A DNA stretch of 64,000 bases from Alphaproteobacteria bacterium (GTDB lineage Bacteria > Pseudomonadota > Alphaproteobacteria > Rickettsiales > 21-14-0-20-44-7). Where the stretch lies: positions 16,412-80,411 of the forward strand of contig JAYVPI010000024.1 of the NCBI GenBank assembly GCA_043757405.1, read 5' to 3'. Every line of letters starts with the position of its first letter. Position 1 is the stretch's first letter. Shown here one piece after another: positions 61,124 through 64,000 of the stretch. Below the pieces are notes generated by a model. It did not search any database. It saw only the letters and a list, made by a program, of their open reading frames with translations, and was not told the origin of the DNA. Position numbers and translations under genes: made by a program.

Positions 61124-63058
61124 ATGCCAAACACCGCACTAGCACATAAGCAAATCGACGTAACCGAGCACCAGAAAGAGCAGCTCAAAATCGTAATCGT
61201 CGGCCATGTCGACCACGGCAAATCGACGCTCGTCGGGCGTTTGTTTTATGAAACTGATTCATTGCCGGAAGGCCAATATGAGAAGGTGAAAAAATCCTCC
61301 GAGCGGCGCGGCATGCCGTTTGAGTGGAGCTTCCTCACCGATGCGTTGCAGTCCGAGCGCGACCAGGGCATCACCGTTGATACAACGCAAATCTGGTTCA
61401 AAACCCCAAAGCGCGATTATGTAATCATCGACGCGCCGGGCCATAAAGAATTCCTGAAAAACATGATCTCCGGCGCGGCCAGCTCAGAAGCTGCATTGCT
61501 CATCATCGACGCAAAAGAAGGCGTGAAGGAACAATCCAAGCGCCACGGTTATCTCTTGCACTTGCTCGGCGTTCAACAAATCGCTGTTGCCGTGAACAAA
61601 ATGGACCTCGTCAATTATGACGAAAAAGTCTTTAAAACTATCGAGAAAGAATATACCGCATATTTGAAATCCATTGGCGTCATCCCGAAATTCATCATCC
61701 CGATCGCCGCGCGCGAAGGCGACCTCATCACCAAAAAATCCGAAAACATGAAATGGTACAAAGGCCCAGCCATCACCGAAGCGCTTGACCAATTCCAACA
61801 ACTTCCTTCCTTAAACCAACTCCCGCTGCGATTTCCGGTACAGGATGTTTACAAATTCGACGAACGCCGCATTATCGTTGGCCGTATCGAATCCGGGCGT
61901 TTGAAAGTTGGTGATAAAATCATCTTCAACCCATCCAACCGCGTCGAAACCGTCAAATCCATCGAGGTCTGGAACTCACCGGCAACTTCAGAAGTTACCG
62001 CCGGAATGTCCGTTGGCGTCACACTCGAATCACAAATCTTCGTCGAACGCGGCCAGGTTGCCAGCCATTTGAAAGACGCGCCGAAACTCACAAATATTTT
62101 CCGCGCCAAAATTTTCTGGCTCCATGACAAGCCGCTTGAAGAGGGCCGCAAATTCAAACTCAAACTAGCCACTGCCGAATATCAAGTCGAAGTCAAAACT
62201 GTCGAAAAAATCGTCGATACGACAGATCTCGCCCATTCCACCTCCAAAAAACTCGAACGCCTCGGCGTCGGCGAAGTAATCCTGCGCAGCCGTTCATTAA
62301 TCAGCGTTGATGACTTCACCAACAACCAAAAAACCGGCCGCTTCATGCTTCTCGACGGCTATGACGTCGCCGGCGGCGGCATTATCGACACAACCGGTTT
62401 CGCCGACCAGCGCAAAAACTCACATGTCAAATCCGAAAACATCAAATCGGTAGATTTCAAAATCAGCCGCAAAGAACGCGAACTCGTCAACGGCCATCGC
62501 GGCGGCGTATTATGGTTCTCCGGCCTTTCCGGCTCCGGCAAATCCACACTCGCCAACGAGCTGATGACCCGCCTCTACCGCAAAGGTTTGAATGTTTACG
62601 TCCTCGACGGCGACAACGTCCGCCAGGGCTTAAACTCCGATCTCGGCTTCTCCCACGAAGACCGTGCCGAAAACTTGCGCCGCGTCGCCGAAGTCGCCAA
62701 CTTGTTCGCCGACAACGGCACCATCACCATCACCAGCTTCATCAGCCCCTATAAAAAAGAACGCGACTACGCCCGCTCAATTTCACCGGATAATTTCCAC
62801 TCAGTATACATCAAAGCCGACTTGAAAACCGTCGAATCCCGCGACCCCAAAGGCCTCTACAAAAAAGCCCGCGCAGGCGAAATCAAAAACTTCACCGGCG
62901 TCAATGACACGTTTGAAGAACCGGAAAACGCAGATTTGGTAATCGACACCTGCAAGTCAGATATCGAACAAAGCTTGGAAACATTGATCAACTATGTCGA
63001 AGAAAACTTCATAAAACCACTACGCGACGCACGTGATTATGAGGGTAGCGATATATGA
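61124..63058 (+). CDS. cysN: bifunctional sulfate adenylyltransferase subunit 1 / adenylylsulfate kinase (CysN-CysC fusion)
   Basis: GTPase motifs [14 protein letters not shown] and NKMD, followed by the APS-kinase P-loop GLSGSGKST. Confidence 0.9.
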   Translation: MPNTALAHKQIDVTEHQKEQLKIVIVGHVDHGKSTLVGRLFYETDSLPEGQYEKVKKSSERRGMPFEWSFLTDALQSERDQGITVDTTQIWFKTPKRDYVIIDAPGHKEFLKNMISGAASSEAALLIIDAKEGVKEQSKRHGYLLHLLGVQQIAVAVNKMDLVNYDEKVFKTIEKEYTAYLKSIGVIPKFIIPIAAREGDLITKKSENMKWYKGPAITEALDQFQQLPSLNQLPLRFPVQDVYKFDERRIIVGRIESGRLKVGDKIIFNPSNRVETVKSIEVWNSPATSEVTAGMSVGVTLESQIFVERGQVASHLKDAPKLTNIFRAKIFWLHDKPLEEGRKFKLKLATAEYQVEVKTVEKIVDTTDLAHSTSKKLERLGVGEVILRSRSLISVDDFTNNQKTGRFMLLDGYDVAGGGIIDTTGFADQRKNSHVKSENIKSVDFKISRKERELVNGHRGGVLWFSGLSGSGKSTLANELMTRLYRKGLNVYVLDGDNVRQGLNSDLGFSHEDRAENLRRVAEVANLFADNGTITITSFISPYKKERDYARSISPDNFHSVYIKADLKTVESRDPKGLYKKARAGEIKNFTGVNDTFEEPENADLVIDTCKSDIEQSLETLINYVEENFIKPLRDARDYEGSDI

Positions 63059-63333
63059 TGAGTTATATAAAAGTAAAATGGCTTCATTCCAACGAAGATT
63101 ATCCTGTTTGGCTTTACAGTGAGCTGGATGCTGAACGTTGGGAAAAACGTAAAGTCGAAATTTATAAAGATGGCCAATCCAATTATGCAGATAAAACTAT
63201 TTCAACAGGCTCAACGTGTTTAGGTGAAGCTTCAATACCGCTTTTAGCAAAAATAGCTACCGATACCCAATTTGAGCCAATTGAAATCACTAAGGAAGAA
63301 TTCGAAGAAGTGTGGAAAAAATGCCAGAACTAA
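63055..63333 (+). CDS. hypothetical protein, 92 aa, orphan
   Basis: ATGA overlap with the cysNC stop. A+T-rich. No motif recognised with confidence. Confidence 0.45.
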   Translation: MMSYIKVKWLHSNEDYPVWLYSELDAERWEKRKVEIYKDGQSNYADKTISTGSTCLGEASIPLLAKIATDTQFEPIEITKEEFEEVWKKCQN

Positions 63334-64000
63334 ACCTCTCCCACAACCTGACCTTCCAAGACCTCTACGCCCGCGACGGGCTGGTGAAGATTGATGAGCT
63401 ATTCGTAAAATTTCTCGAAACCGCAAATGTCGAGCTGCATAATAAACTAGTCGCCGCCCGTGCCTCCGTACTTCGTCATCCTGAGCAACGCGAAGGATCT
63501 TTCACCCACTCAGGCACCGCTGGATCCTTCGCTACGCTCAGGATGACGGGGTTGGAGGCAAAAGACGAATCCAATCTCTTAATCGCCATTGCGCCGATAT
63601 TGGAAGATTTCATCGCTGAGCTTTTCAACATCCGCGCCGAGGTTTCCAAACTCCAATTCGCACATAACGAACTAGGCGATCTCTACACCGCCAAGCGCCT
63701 CTTCGTCCAACGCGCTGCTGCCAAGTTTTCTAAAGCGGCGGAATTAACAGAACTAAACGGCGAAGAACTCCGCGCCCAGCTCAACACACTCATGTCATCC
63801 TCGGCGCAGGCGGGGGATCCAGGGTCGCATACTCCGCCAGCGCAAGCAGCCCTGGATCCTCGGGTCAAGCCCGAGGATGACAGTATTGGGGGAACGGATG
63901 ACAGTGAGTGGGAAAAGTTATATGCGAAAAACATTGTCCGTTGGATGGACGCCAACGACATCGAGAAACAAACCGTCGCTGCGAAATATGCCAACTGGGC
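63321..64000 (+). CDS. N-terminal part of an unidentified protein, open to the window end, carrying two in-frame palindromic elements
   Basis: My hand translation from the ATG at 63321 finds no stop through 64000 ([28 protein letters not shown]...). It is absent from the ORF track, presumably because it has no stop within the window. Confidence 0.55.
   Translation, partial: MPELNLSHNLTFQDLYARDGLVKIDELFVKFLETANVELHNKLVAARASVLRHPEQREGSFTHSGTAGSFATLRMTGLEAKDESNLLIAIAPILEDFIAELFNIRAEVSKLQFAHNELGDLYTAKRLFVQRAAAKFSKAAELTELNGEELRAQLNTLMSSSAQAGDPGSHTPPAQAALDPRVKPEDDSIGGTDDSEWEKLYAKNIVRWMDANDIEKQTVAAKYANW
63474..63548. repeat. CGTCAT-type palindromic element (P9), 75 nt, in frame
   Basis: cgtcatcctgagcaacgcgaaggatc ... 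ggatccttcgctacgctcaggatgacg, read as RHPEQREGSFTHSGTAGSFATLRMT. Confidence 0.9.
63793..63882. repeat. CGTCAT-type palindromic element (P10), 90 nt, in frame
   Basis: tgtcatcctcggcgcaggcgggggatccaggg ... ccctggatcctcgggtcaagcccgaggatgaca, read as SSSAQAGDPGSHTPPAQAALDPRVKPEDD. Confidence 0.9.

Overview
This 64 kb window has no rRNA genes, no CRISPR array, and no recognisable transposase or integrase. It looks like chromosomal DNA from a flagellated, aerobic alphaproteobacterium. I infer an intracellular or amoeba-associated lifestyle (Holosporales/Rickettsiales-like) from an exported ankyrin-repeat protein, a JmjC/cupin protein, many orphan genes and a very heavy repeat load. That lifestyle call is an inference, not a demonstration.

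Housekeeping content, called from motifs by eye:
- Envelope and lipid: lptF-lptG, a PBP1A-type gene, bamD, aas-lplT.
- DNA repair: ruvA-ruvB, recN, radC.
- Central metabolism and respiration: ctaC-ctaD, glnA, pgi, purL, metE, pyrB, pyrE.
- Others: pmbA and tldD, cyaY, bolA-grxD, rpsP, tRNA-Arg(CCG), tsaD.
- A sulfate-assimilation array: cysI, a sirC-like gene, cysH, cysD, cysNC.
- Scattered late flagellar genes: fliD, fliS, fliC-flaG.

The most unusual signal lies between and inside the genes:
1. A family of hairpin elements whose two arms are tandem 7-8 nt repeats. The dominant unit is AATCGGC/GCCGATT. They occur in spacers and also in frame inside conserved genes (ruvA, tldD, cysD, a PLP enzyme).
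2. A second family of 50-90 nt palindromes with CGTCAT termini. These are also inserted in frame in ORFs.
3. An ~85 nt REP-like family that abuts the stop codons of minus-strand genes.
4. Two small cassettes sitting next to duplicated 3-prime ends of glnA and tldD. The duplicated ends keep the amino-acid sequence but differ at the nucleotide level.
5. A cys operon in which most gene junctions host a translationally coupled orphan ORF, including a zeta-toxin-like ATPase cassette.

All functional calls come from motif recognition without any database search. Coordinates of repeats and alternative starts may be off by a few nt.
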